Assembly: GCA_052426225.1 (NCBI GenBank)
Contig: JBNJNM010000021.1
Coordinates: forward strand, 806,001 to 870,000
DNA: 64,000 bases
Source of the DNA: Zancudomyces culisetae HAW-14-8
Taxonomy: Eukaryota; Fungi; Kickxellomycota
Reading direction: 5' to 3'
The notes under the pieces were generated by a model. That model searched no databases. It was given only the letters and a program-made list of their open reading frames with translations, and was not told the origin of the DNA. Each line of letters opens with the position of its first letter. Position 1 is the stretch's first letter. Both the position numbers and the translations under genes were made by a program. Positions 22,565 to 34,641 of the stretch are shown in pieces.

Positions 22565-25500
22565 CTTTTTTATTTTTCCTTATTTATACCTACAGATTAT
22601 GGATTATCAAATAATGTTTAGCTTTATTTTTAGCTTTTGCATGCAAAATATCGGATCTCGAGAGTTTTGAATGATCATATCATTGCTTGTAGTCCGCTAA
22701 ACACGAATATAATATAGCTGATTTAAGTTACCTTGAGTTGTAGGCTCCTTGTGTAAAATCAACAACAGTAACAGAATATGTTTTCAAAGAAAGGGTTCAA
22801 AATATTTGACAATTTTATTAATAATAAAATCTACAAGCTCTTTATTGATTAATATAGTAACACTATTAGGAGTTTGGATTTTTTTCCCATATCCCAATGT
22901 TTTCGCTATACAAGTTGTATGGGATGAAAAGTGTCAATAACCGATGGCACTGGAAACAATAATAGAACAAAATGGAACGGCAAATCAAATTCTACTAGGA
23001 CACCAATTATTTTACGATTTGGTTTGTTTTGCTTTTCTTTTTTTGTTAATGTTGTTTGTGTATTATTTTAACTATCCACTTATTTTTGTTGGAATTGCTG
23101 TTGATTTTTGTTTATACTTGTGAAATGTGCTTCCCATTTGTCTTGGTTTTGAATGTGGATTCAAAATCGGTATTGTATTTTCGATTTTTTTGATTTTGCC
23201 TTTACAAATTCCAAGCAAATTTGGAGGAAAATGCAAACACAAATCATATACCCTTTATTTATTATCGTTGATTTTATCACTTGCACGAAATTTATTCTTC
23301 TTGGTCTGTAAACCTCTATGCTAAAAGTCACAAATTGGGAAAAAAAAAATTTTTTAATTCGAACATCGCTTTGTTGCATGGTTTTGGTATTGGAACTCAA
23401 CTTATCAAAAAAAATATAAAAATAAAAATCCGGATATCTAATAGCCAAAAAACAAGCACCACTGATTGTGGGTTCTGGGTGGCACTATTGCAAAAAGCAA
23501 AACAATGCTAGGGTAGCATGGAATGGGATGGGATGGGATGAGCGAGAATATTAGCTTATTTTGGAATGAGTTATAGTAAACCCCAGTCAAACAGTAGAAA
23601 ATAAATAACACCAGTACTATATTTTCCAAAGCTTGTGCGAATTGCTACAACTCACTTACAGCAAAGAAAAAAGTTAATACCTGTTACATAAACTCGAGCG
23701 CAAGGTCGTTTATTCCAACAATTCATGCTCTTAACTACCCCTACCTCGTTCGTTTTCTCTGGTTGGTTGGTTAATGCTCAAACTAGCAGTTCTTATTCCA
23801 TTGTTTTCCAACAAGCTTATTATGTTAAGCCTAACAAAGAAAAATTCAAGAATACCAGACCCAGCAAACCGAATCACCAATAGTTATCTATCTGTAAAAT
23901 AGATCCTAGCTGTGCAGAATGGCACTTTAACCTCATCACCCCATGCTGCATTTCTCAGTTTTGTATACAAAATCACTTTCAACTGGGAGCAACGGTTTTC
24001 TTTTTATCTGTGTGATATTGTTTGTACTTGGTTTGTATCTGTGTTTACATTTTCAGCTAACTAGTTCATAGCCAACCAGTAGTATTTTCAGGGGGGAGAG
24101 GGTTTTCTTTTGAGTTGATTTTTTACTCATTTTTTGGTCGCTGGAACTATAATTCGTACTAGATATTGACCACAAAACAATTCACAATTGGATGAACGAA
24201 AAGCTCTACGCAATTTTAGGTGTTATTAACCAAGGGATGGGTATTGTATACTCAGTGTACTTGATAGATGGCAGAACGAGGTTACATATTAACAAGCACT
24301 CGTATTTCATCAAACCAATCTAATGTACTTGATCCAGTCTGTCTATAATATTTTCTTCTCCCTCTCCTCCTATTTCTCGTACAAAAGTGGCTTACCAATT
24401 GAACTTATTTGCTATGACAACATTCGAACTCGATTTATAACCAAACTAATATATTAATATTAGAAGATTTCAAATAATGACACCTGTTCAAAAGATTAAT
24501 TTGAATTACCAAAAGCGGTAATCCATTCATTACCAAAGATTTCCTTGAAATCTCACATAAAAAAACCCACTAGCCAAATAAAATCAGTTATATTAGATAC
24601 AGATCCTACTGTTCCATAACACAGTTTGGCTAAACTGCCTGCCTTAAACATGCTGAAAAAAGTATAACATGAGCCACTTACAGTTTTATGATATTGAATA
24701 CATACATACATATACATATACACACACACATTTGAAGAGCTATTCTGCAATGCTAGTCATTTTATTGGTCACCAACCACCTTAATTTTTATCACTGCTCA
24801 AACATGAGTAAAAAATGAATATATATAAACTCAGTGAGCAGGAAACCAAAAAAGTATGCCAAAATAACTGTAGTCTAACTGCACATTTGTATTTCTATAT
24901 TTGGTCAAGTATTTATGATATAATACCTAAAAATTTAGTCATACACCCATGTTGTTGGATTTGAGCAAGTTAATAAAACGGAAAAAAAAAGATGCTGCAC
25001 AAAATTCAGCTGGATCTAAATAACTATATTTCGAGGAAGTACCTTGTGTTGAGACTTCGTTTGTGGACTTCACAGCTTATTTATACGTATTTTTTCAGAT
25101 ATTCGTGATGTCTTTGGCTTGTTAGATTTAATAGCTAGCACTATCCGTAAATCCTAGACATTCTAGTATTATAGATTACCCTTAGTCTATTATCACACAC
25201 TTTTACAATTTTATTTCTATTTCAAGTTGTATATGCCATGGTAATTTGTTATATCATGGTCATAAATAACGAAAAATTGTTTTCATCAACATAACCCCCC
25301 CCCTTCACCCTCCTCTCCATCGTACTCTCAAAGTACATTTATAGGATAATTGGATTCCATATACAGAGAGGCTTTTTGTGATAAAACCCATTGCGAATTC
25401 AAACATAAAACCAACTACGAAATCCACGGGTTTCTCTATGAACTTATGAACGACCTCAAACTAAGCACATTAATTGTGACACTTTCCTTAGCAAAGCGAT

Positions 25501-25706
25501 TCTTGTAGCAGCTATAAACCGGCGAATTAATTTTCTTCGTTTTTTTTTTCAGTCCCAATTTTTGAATATATTGGCAAAAGTAATAGAAAAATACAAATCT
25601 AAATAGATATGCAACACTAAGGTTCTTTACTGAATATAATAATGAGTCGATAATCATCAATAACAATATATCATCAATATAAAAATCATAAAAGCTGGAA
25701 AAAACA

Positions 25707-28490
25707 ATGGACAACGTAAATACCCCCAATCTAGTAGAAGGCCTACTTTCGACAGGAATTACCCAAGAGGTAGCGAACTTTGAAGATTCCGAGCCAATTA
25801 GGTATACTAGTATGGGTGAGGAGGGGGAAATTACAGATGTAGAGGACTGGATGATTATTCAGGCCAATTCCATATCAGGACTTACACAGAATTCTAAAAA
25901 ACACGATTCAAAAGTAAGAATCAGTAAAAGCGACATAACTGGAGTAACACCAGCAAAATTTAAAAAAGTCAAGAGCCGTGTGTACAAAACATATATTGCA
26001 GAAATCGAAGAAGTCTTTAAAGAATACCAAACATTAGCTAATGATAACGTAAATAAAGTGGAAGAAAGCACTGATACAGGACGGCTAGATTCCATTCCGG
26101 ACATATTTTTCTCGCCAGATTTTAATCTTGAGAATACAGAGATATTTACTAAAGTTTTTGAGATGATTGGGAAAGTAGAAATCGGTGCTGAAGGCATGAT
26201 TAACGCAGAAGACGAAAAAGAGGTTGAAAAACAAGAGAAAATAAGCAAGTATCTTAATATAGTGGAGAATGAAATCAACAAAGAGGTGGAGAAAAGATCA
26301 GGTTCGTTTTTTGGAGTTTTATCAACGCTCCAAAAACTGCAGGCTGAGACGCAAGAGTGTGTATCAGAGATTAAAAAGGTACTAGGGAACGTTCGAGAGT
26401 ATAAAGAGACTAAAGAGAAAAAACGGGAAAAAACAGTTATGGGGCTAGTGAAACGAAAAACGAATGTATTGGAGTGTCTAAAGTACGCAAAAGTGGTGGA
26501 GGAAACCATTAATACACTGCCTGTAATTGAAGAGATGGTAATGAATGGCGATTCTGCAAACGCACTGTTACTTGTATCGGAGCTTGAGAAAATAGTGATG
26601 AGCAATTCGATCTCGCCAAAGAGCAACATTTACGGGTATACAATTAAACAGTTAAAGAGGGCGATGGAGTCTGTTTCTGATACAGGATTAAGTGGATTGG
26701 TAACGATGCTAGAGGAGGGGCTAGTTACGTATGTTGAAAGTGAGGGGCGAGCAGAGATAAGCTTTAACAGTATATTGTCGCTTTTGTGCGGGCTGGAGCG
26801 GATAGGAATAGCCACACAGGGAATCAACGAATTTTGTAGTAGAATTATGGATACAATTGGAACACTTGTAGAAGATTACTACCCAGAGGGCTTTCCCAAG
26901 TCAGGAAACGGTGTTGATTTTAACGATGCAGAGGTTCAACAAAAACTTTCGCAATGTGTTAAAGCAATGACGTTGGATTCTTATTTATATCTTTTTGGAA
27001 AACAAAGCCATGCGCTAGTATTGGTAAATGGATATATTCAAGAAATCAGTAACCTTGGGGCAAAAGTGAACGAGCAGAACAAAATGGTCACTACTAGTCC
27101 TGAACTCATATCAGCGATTAGAGAACTGGGTGATGTTGCGCAGGAGGCGGGGGATATGCGGATTACAAAGCTACTGAATTTTCGAAGAGATCAAATATCC
27201 CGGTTACCACTAGCGTCTTTCACAGCGCTTCTTGAAATGACTACGGACTACGTGGAAAAGATGGAAAAGCTACGGGGAAAAATGAGCAATAACATCAAGG
27301 GGCAGATGATAAAGGTAGGCAAGATATATATGGGAAACTATCTAGTGGAAAAAAGCAGGCAAATAAACGTTATAGTAGAAAACGAACAATGGAACCATGT
27401 GGATGCACCAAAGGACTATCAAGAGTTACTGGATAGTCTAGTTTCATGTAGTGAAGCAAACTCTGTAGAACTTGAAAATACCCAAACCACGGCAAAATAT
27501 CTGCCTCTTACAAGCGTGACAACAAAAGTTTCTCCAACACCACAAAAAAGCCCGATGAACAGACCAAGCTTAAACAAACTGAAAATTGGAGAATCAACCT
27601 TTTCGATGGTTGGTAGCTCGCTCACATTGCTCAAAATTGTGTATGAATACCTGCAGATTGCATTGCATGTCTCGTTTCTCTTTACACAGGCTGTTTCGGA
27701 TACATCCATCATATTTAAGCAGTTCAACAGCAAAGTTTGCCAGGTTGTTCTTGGCGCTGGTGCTGTTGCTTCAGCTGGATTAAAGGTAATTTCAGCAAAA
27801 CATATTTCTCTTGCGACGAATGCCTTGGATTTTGCTTTGGAAGTCATCAACTTGGCCCAAACCATTCTTTCGAATGCTGCTCCCTCATACAAAAAACTTA
27901 TTTCAGATAGCTTTGACTTGATTACATTTGATTACATATCACATCGTGAAGAACTGCTTAAAAAGCTTCTCAGTATTATGAGTGAAAGAGCAAAAAGCCA
28001 CGCAACTGCTCTTTCCAACACCGACTATGATCACCTTTCCTCTTCTCCCTCCTCCACTGCCCTCGGCATAACCAAAGAGCTAAAAAGGCTCTACAAAATT
28101 CTGTTTCGATACCTCAAATACAGCGATTGCGTTTCCACTTTTCGCTCCATAATAACCGAGTTTGACTCTACCTTCCAGTCCTGCTTTGAAGGTGATATCC
28201 AGGTAACTACTGCAGCAGGCAAACTAAATATCATTAATGATTTGCGATTTATTAACTTTGAACTCGAGAATCTACCTGGTGTTCCAACCCTAAGCGATAT
28301 GTTGGAGATTACTGTAAACAACATTAACCTGGTTACCGATTTTTTGCCTTCATTCTCTGACCAACTGTATGATGAGTATTTGGAATATGAAGCAGGTTAC
28401 CACCCCGAGGTTCAAGGCATAGACTACATAGATATTGATTCGGAAACTACACATAGCCCTTCTGTAGACAACAGTCCTTATTTCCCCTGA
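25707..28490 (+). CDS. VPS54: GARP complex subunit Vps54 (927 aa, intronless)
   Basis: LDSIPDIFFSPDFNLEN, QEKISKYLNIVE...RSGSFFGVLSTLQ, VENEQW, FNSKVCQVVLGAGA..AGLKVISAKHISLA. Confidence 0.92.
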   Translation: MDNVNTPNLVEGLLSTGITQEVANFEDSEPIRYTSMGEEGEITDVEDWMIIQANSISGLTQNSKKHDSKVRISKSDITGVTPAKFKKVKSRVYKTYIAEIEEVFKEYQTLANDNVNKVEESTDTGRLDSIPDIFFSPDFNLENTEIFTKVFEMIGKVEIGAEGMINAEDEKEVEKQEKISKYLNIVENEINKEVEKRSGSFFGVLSTLQKLQAETQECVSEIKKVLGNVREYKETKEKKREKTVMGLVKRKTNVLECLKYAKVVEETINTLPVIEEMVMNGDSANALLLVSELEKIVMSNSISPKSNIYGYTIKQLKRAMESVSDTGLSGLVTMLEEGLVTYVESEGRAEISFNSILSLLCGLERIGIATQGINEFCSRIMDTIGTLVEDYYPEGFPKSGNGVDFNDAEVQQKLSQCVKAMTLDSYLYLFGKQSHALVLVNGYIQEISNLGAKVNEQNKMVTTSPELISAIRELGDVAQEAGDMRITKLLNFRRDQISRLPLASFTALLEMTTDYVEKMEKLRGKMSNNIKGQMIKVGKIYMGNYLVEKSRQINVIVENEQWNHVDAPKDYQELLDSLVSCSEANSVELENTQTTAKYLPLTSVTTKVSPTPQKSPMNRPSLNKLKIGESTFSMVGSSLTLLKIVYEYLQIALHVSFLFTQAVSDTSIIFKQFNSKVCQVVLGAGAVASAGLKVISAKHISLATNALDFALEVINLAQTILSNAAPSYKKLISDSFDLITFDYISHREELLKKLLSIMSERAKSHATALSNTDYDHLSSSPSSTALGITKELKRLYKILFRYLKYSDCVSTFRSIITEFDSTFQSCFEGDIQVTTAAGKLNIINDLRFINFELENLPGVPTLSDMLEITVNNINLVTDFLPSFSDQLYDEYLEYEAGYHPEVQGIDYIDIDSETTHSPSVDNSPYFP

Positions 28491-29066
28491 GACTATAACA
28501 TGTTACCTTTTTTTTATCTGTTCGTTTCTCTTGTATTCTTCCATGTTATTTAGAAGGCGGGTAAATTTTGTTGTATAGATTTTTTTTTAAAACACTTCTT
28601 TTTGGTGTTAGCCCTGTTAGAATTGACTAATACTATGACTAAATTTTCCAATGTATGATTATAAATAATACAAGCTAACTAGACGTAGCTCTTTATTACA
28701 CTTTATAAAGTTTGTGGTTCATTTACAATCTGTAGGATTCAGTTCATCTCAGTTTTGATCATATGCCCGCACTACTGTATCGCTTTTCTATTGTGTTCTT
28801 TTTGCATTTCGTCTTTTCTGCATTGACTCCTTTTCTTTGCACAGATCAAGAAACTTTCGCCCCATCCACTCATTTCATTCTGCATGAATTTTTTTTCAGA
28901 CCATGGAAAAGTAAATAGATTTCCAGTTAATGATTACTAATGCTAGTTTCTTTACACTTCCATATAACCTAATAACAGTTTTTTTTTGAACACTGAGTTA
29001 ATCAACTCTAATCACAAACATTTTACTTTTTCTTTGTTCTATTCTTCTTTTTGAATTTGCGACATA

Positions 29067-30453
29067 ATGACTGAAGAACTAAAAGTAAGATACGATTCGC
29101 ATTTTCTTTGTACAGGCTGTACCCATAAAATACAATTTACAAGAAAGATCATATCTGGTACGAATAGGTCGAGTATGCAGTAGATATGACCTGCCAAAGC
29201 TGTGTTGAAAGCGTGAAGGAGTGTCTATCACAAGTTTCAGGTATATATATTATATTATATTATATATATTGTGTGTGTGTGTGTGTGTGTGTGTCAGTAG
29301 CTGCTCTTTTTATTAATTACCATTTCTTCCCTTCTCAAATGAACCATTGTATCAACACGCAATAACACCTCAAAGGATATTAGAATTGGTATTGAATACA
29401 TTTTTTTGTCTATAAGCTATCAACTTTCATTTAAAAGGGGCTGAAAAATATACAACTTGCAGGAAAAGCTACCCATTCCTTGAATTTTAAAACAAAATAT
29501 TCTCTCTCCGTTTATATTCTTTAATAGTAACCAAACCAAGTTACATAAACACTGTGGATACCGAATAGGAATAAGAAATCTCGAAATCGATTTGGAAAAT
29601 CAGAGAGTATGTATTGAAGGCTTGGGTAAAGTTTCGATGTCACTAATATCTAGATTCGCTCTCAGTTCTACTTTTTGACCTTATCTACTAACCAATAATT
29701 TTCACACTAAAAACTTGTACCCATAGTAAGACCCTCTCTTATAGTTGAAAAGCTACATAGCTCTGGTAGAACAGCTGTAGTACGAGGAGCCGGGCTAAGC
29801 AACGGTAAACATACTTTAAATCTCAATCATACCACCAATACTATACTTGAAATACTACACACAATCCCGTTATTACCCTCCGCGTTAGAAAAACAAAAAT
29901 CGTAACTTGAAAATTCTGTGTACAAATAGGCGCTAGTTTGGGAGCAGCAGTGAGTATTTTGGATAGATACCCTGTCGATGTTCCAATGTCTAGTGGTGTG
30001 ACATCAGGGCTTGTTAGATTTATACAGATATGCGAGGATGAATGTTACCTGGATGTTACGTTCAATGATGCAGTTCCTGGAAAATACAGTCTGAACATAC
30101 ACGCTAATGGAGATACAACAAATGTACCAAAGTCATGTGGTGGGTACTTTTCCGAAATCTTCAAAAAAATCTTTAATAGGTCTGACTCGCCATACCAAAA
30201 GGACATCTTTATAGATGTGGGTCAAGATGGTAAAGGCAAGACTTCTTTGGAATGCCAGGGATGGAACGTCCACGAATTGATAGGACGATCTGTAATAATA
30301 GATCAAGTGATGTCTGCTAGAAAAGAAACCGTTTTGGCCGGAATCATAGCACGGAGCTCAGGTCTGTTTGAAAATAACAAACTTATCTGTGCTTGCACTG
30401 GAAATACTATTTGGGAAGAAGACGCTATTTTCCGTTCAAAAAGCAAATTCTAG
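29067..30453 (+). CDS. CCS1: Copper chaperone for superoxide dismutase; exons 29067-29084, 29168-29240, 29569-29625, 29727-29804, 29930-30453 (249 aa)
   Basis: HMA domain VEYAVDMTCQSCV, SGRTAVVRGAG, SOD-like domain (GLVRFIQ, ELIGRSV), domain III GIIARSSGLFENNKLICACTGNTIWEE. Total 750 nt in frame. Confidence 0.93.
29270..29294. repeat. (TG)n microsatellite in CCS1 intron 2
   Basis: tgtgtgtg run following an AT-repeat stretch. Confidence 0.9.
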
Positions 30454-30727
30454 ATAACATCCAACATCCATTCTCCACTTGCTACATTTTTCCCTCTTTT
30501 TCTTTTTTTTTTAGTTCGCTAATATTAACCTTTATTAGCTTTTTAATTTTGCTAATTTGATAGACGCGAAACAGCCACCAATAACACTAATATTTCTCTA
30601 ATGTTTGAATATGTGATTTTACACACTACAAAGCCTTCCTTTTGATATACCCAGTGAGTACAATATATTAAACCTTTGCCTCCTGTCCCTGGTGTCTTCA
30701 AAGATATTGCAACAGAATACTGCCGGT

Positions 30728-31544
30728 CTAGTAACTGTACTTCCATATTTCATGGTCAATATCTTCAAACATGCTTTGATCGTTTTTGTGTTGGTGATAC
30801 CACGCAGTAAATCCACCTGTTAATACATATACACTTTGATTTTCTGACTGTACTTTCTCTTCCACTTCTTTTGTAGCATCTAAAGTTTGCTGTGATGCTA
30901 GAGCATTCATGGCTTCAGAGTAAATTCTGGCCGATTTGGGCCCTCTAACTTGGGACAAGGCGCAGTGAAATATGACCATCGGGATGCCCTGGAGACGCTT
31001 TACGACTTGGAGAGTGTCATCTCTTATGTCTCTTGCTGGTATATTTAGACTCCCTGGGATGTGCCCACCCTAGTGTATAAATTACTGGCTGAATATCATG
31101 TATATCTTTTTCTACATAACGAGGATTTTCCTCATAGAGACAACCAAAGAAAAAAGGGGTAATATTTGTTGAACATATGAAAAGTAAAAACAATTTTATG
31201 AGGTTATATGGGTAAAATGTGTTACAATGTAATCCGTATCCCTCACGTCGACGACTTGGTAATGTACCCTAATTTATAGTAAAACATTTTCTTGAAACAT
31301 AATTTTAATCTTCGGTTAAACACTCAGAATGATCGATTTCTCTTTCGCGTTTGTTTTCCAAGTTAGAATACCCCATTGAGGGAAGACTTTATTGTAGGTA
31401 TCCGTGTGACTGTTGGGTACTGGTTGAAATATATTGGCACAAGACCTATATTAAAAGCTATTATAAAGTTTACCCTTGTCTTAGGGAGCCGTCTCTAAGT
31501 ATTTTTCCTAATTCTATTGCTGTTATTCGTTGGACGCTGTTCAT
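30728..31544 (-). CDS. Single-domain rhodanese/Cdc25-like phosphatase (Ych1/Ibp1/Acr2 family); exons 31474-31544, 31226-31268, 30728-31069 (151 aa)
   Basis: Spliced product has VVDVRDTDYIGGHIPGSLNIP, the active loop FHCALSQVRGP (HCx5R) and VYVLTGGFTAW. Confidence 0.9.
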
Positions 31545-32692
31545 ATTTGAGTTTTATATTCGAGCAGTATTTTTTAAAGGATTTCAAGGATAAATGTTAT
31601 ATATTCTGTTAGAACAAAGAGGAAGATGCAGATTCGAGATTTGAGCTTTATTTTTGGGTTAGATGTTTCTTATTAACTTTTGACATTTTACAACTTTTTT
31701 TTTCTAGTAGTAAATACATGATGCAAAATCAATCAATTTTTAGAATTTTTTGGCAAAGGTTTAGCAATAATCCAGTTGGTATTGTAACTGCAAGAGAAGC
31801 CAAAACAAAACAACAAATACCAAAGACCAAACAACAGGGGAGAAAAATCATGAAACTCATAAACAGTGGTGAAAGCAAAGAAATATATAGAATCCTTGTA
31901 AATATTGTATTGTATGTGTAATGGTTCAATTCTTATTTTTGATATCTGTGATTGTACACCAATATTCTTATACTGGATCTTGAAATAAGTATTTAGAATA
32001 AACTTGGAGTACAAAAATAAGATAATAGTAAAAGCAAAAAAAAAAGGACGTGGTTGAACTACAAATAGTTTAAAGCTGCTCTTTGGAAAATCTAGTGATT
32101 TTGAAAAGATATCTGTTACTTATATTAATATACTTACACGGTTTGAAAATTTTATAGGGTTTTATCTCACAGCAAGTGTATATTTATGATACAAAAATCG
32201 AAAACAAAAATGAGCACTTGTACCAAAATAAAAAAAGAGGAAATGGGATTGTAGAAATATTGTAAAATGAAGTAAATGATGATATTCTGGCGAATATACT
32301 TACTGAATTGCCACGTTGTATTTATCAAATATTCGAAAAGGTATTAGAGCCTTTGTTTGTTAAAAAAAGAGTTTACATTCAAAATCTTAACAAAATAACT
32401 TGATCTGTATAACCAAAATGAAATAAAACTACAATATGTTTAGTAATGTATAAAATAGTCCCTGTGTAATAATGTTTGATGATGATAAATTATAAGGCTA
32501 TTCAATAAGTTTAAGGCACAGAATTCTACAACTAAAGAGATTAGCGAAATGAGGATAAAAGAGAGAGAGAGAAAGATATGGTTGGGGATGGTAAGGTAGA
32601 ATACACCAAGAATAGATGCTTACAAAGTTAGGAACAAGTGTAATTGCACCAAAAGAAAGTGCCAAGTACAATTAAAAGGTAAAGCTACAAAG

Positions 32693-32711
32693 TGGGGAGG
32701 GTGGGGAGGGT
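32693..32711 (+). other. Canonical three-tetrad G-quadruplex-forming motif TGGGGAGGGTGGGGAGGGT
   Basis: Four G-runs of at least 3 with 1-nt loops, in the AT-rich divergent intergenic region between the phosphatase gene and pyruvate kinase. Confidence 0.7.
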
Positions 32712-34641
32712 ATTAATTATTCTCAAACACCAGAACTGATAAAAATTAGTTGGGTGTATGCATTGTTTGTTACGAAAAGCTTTGCATCGCAATTATGATT
32801 GTTTTTGATAGCAGTATTATGTGAACTACCTTTTTCATTTGTGCGTTTGCTTTTTGGATTTTCGAATTAAATTGCTTAAAAACCAAAAAATGATAGTAAT
32901 AAAACCCAAGGCAATTTTGCTATAGGAAAATAATTGGCGATGGACAGACTTTGTGGAATTTTATTTGACAAAAATAAAAAAATGAAATTGCGGTTAAAAA
33001 TAAAATAACGTAAAATAAGTGGTGATTTATAAGGAGTTAATCGATAACGCCGATGAAATGATAAGAAATGGTTTGATTTATATTTACTAGTTATATGTGA
33101 TGAGAGTGTAGAATCCCACAGAAAGTGGAGTCGGCGATTAGAAGAGAAGGAAAAGGAGAAGAAGGAAAAGGAGAAGGGGAAATAGTGATGGTATGATGTA
33201 TATGAATATTACAAGGCTTGTTTATCGGCAAAGTAAACATTAGTGGCCAAGTAGATCTTAAGATGCGCCATTATGTTTGTAAAAAAAAAGGGAGAGGAAG
33301 AAGAAGAGGAGGTGTGAGGATGTGTAATAGACGAAATGCATGTCTGCATCACACACAGATATTCTATTACTTGCATAACTAATGTATATGTGTGTGCTTA
33401 TATGTGTTGCATTTGCATATGCGAAAAGGCGTGTATGTCTCTTGGTAAATGTAAAATACTCACGCAGGCTGGGGTTTTGCACGACCATCAAATATGACAA
33501 CTTTTCTTTTCCACAAAGTTTTCCATGATGTTTAAAACTTCCAATGCTGTTACATTCACTTTTGAGTTTCTAGGCGTATTTACTGGGTTTACCAATTCAT
33601 GGCGGCAAGAAGTGAATAGAAAAGGAGGTGTTTTAAAGACGTAAACAACAGGCAAATAAAAGTAAGTGCCAGGGCAAATGAAAATCAAGTCACTCAGACA
33701 AAGGCCAAACTTGAGGACTATTTTTAATGCACTTATCGATTATCTCCAAATAAGATTCTAGAAAGTTGAAGCAATGAAAAATTTTATGACCAATAATGTT
33801 CACGAACTAAAAAATGCAAACTAAAAAAGGTATAAAAAAAGGCAAGGTGGAGTAAAATGGGTAAATATGTTTATTAGTGATACTTGATGTTTAAATTCCG
33901 AAATAAAAATAAAAATAAAGGAAAATAAATGCGCAATAGTGGGCTCATACAAAACAAACAAAAACCATTGGCATGTAAATAGTAAAATACCCTTTACTCA
34001 TTCAACATTAACATAAGCCTGGCAACCTTTGAAGGCGTCCCTTGAAAATAAAAAAGGATAGGAGGGAGGGTGGGATAGGCATTTTATTTTCATTCCTTTG
34101 CTTTTCGCGCCTTTTCCGTTTTACAAAAAAGAAGAGGAAAGTGTGGAATAAAGAAAAAGCCCATGTAATGGGTATGAGAGAGATGAGTAAAATTGTCGGA
34201 ATTTAGTAAAAACTTTTGATTTTCCAAGAAAAGTCTGAATTGTTAAAAATAAAAATAAAAATAAAAAAAGCGGAAACTTTAATAGTTCTGCAAACCAGTA
34301 TAAATAGTACTGCAAACTAGTATAATGGAATAAAGAAAACTGTTCAGTATTGAGAAAAAAATTTTTTTTTCTGGAAACCCTTTTTTTTTTGCCTTATAAA
34401 GTAAAAAGAACAATAAACATTCAATCATCCGTTCTTGTTTTTAAACTACGGAAAAAATAAGTATATAAAGGACAAGTGCTTCCTAGACTAAACATTACCG
34501 TACAACAAAACAGAAATCAATAGCGTATAGATACTTCTTTATAGTATACATTCAATACTGAATAACAAGTACAGGCAATAAACGCTAACAAAAGAAATTT
34601 AAAACACCCCAATAATCAAGTAAGGAATATTAATAGCAAAC

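Noticed and set aside
13802-31544. Redox/metal gene cluster (GPx, CCS1, Acr2-like)
   Set aside because: Genes are interspersed with unrelated housekeeping genes and share no evident motif.
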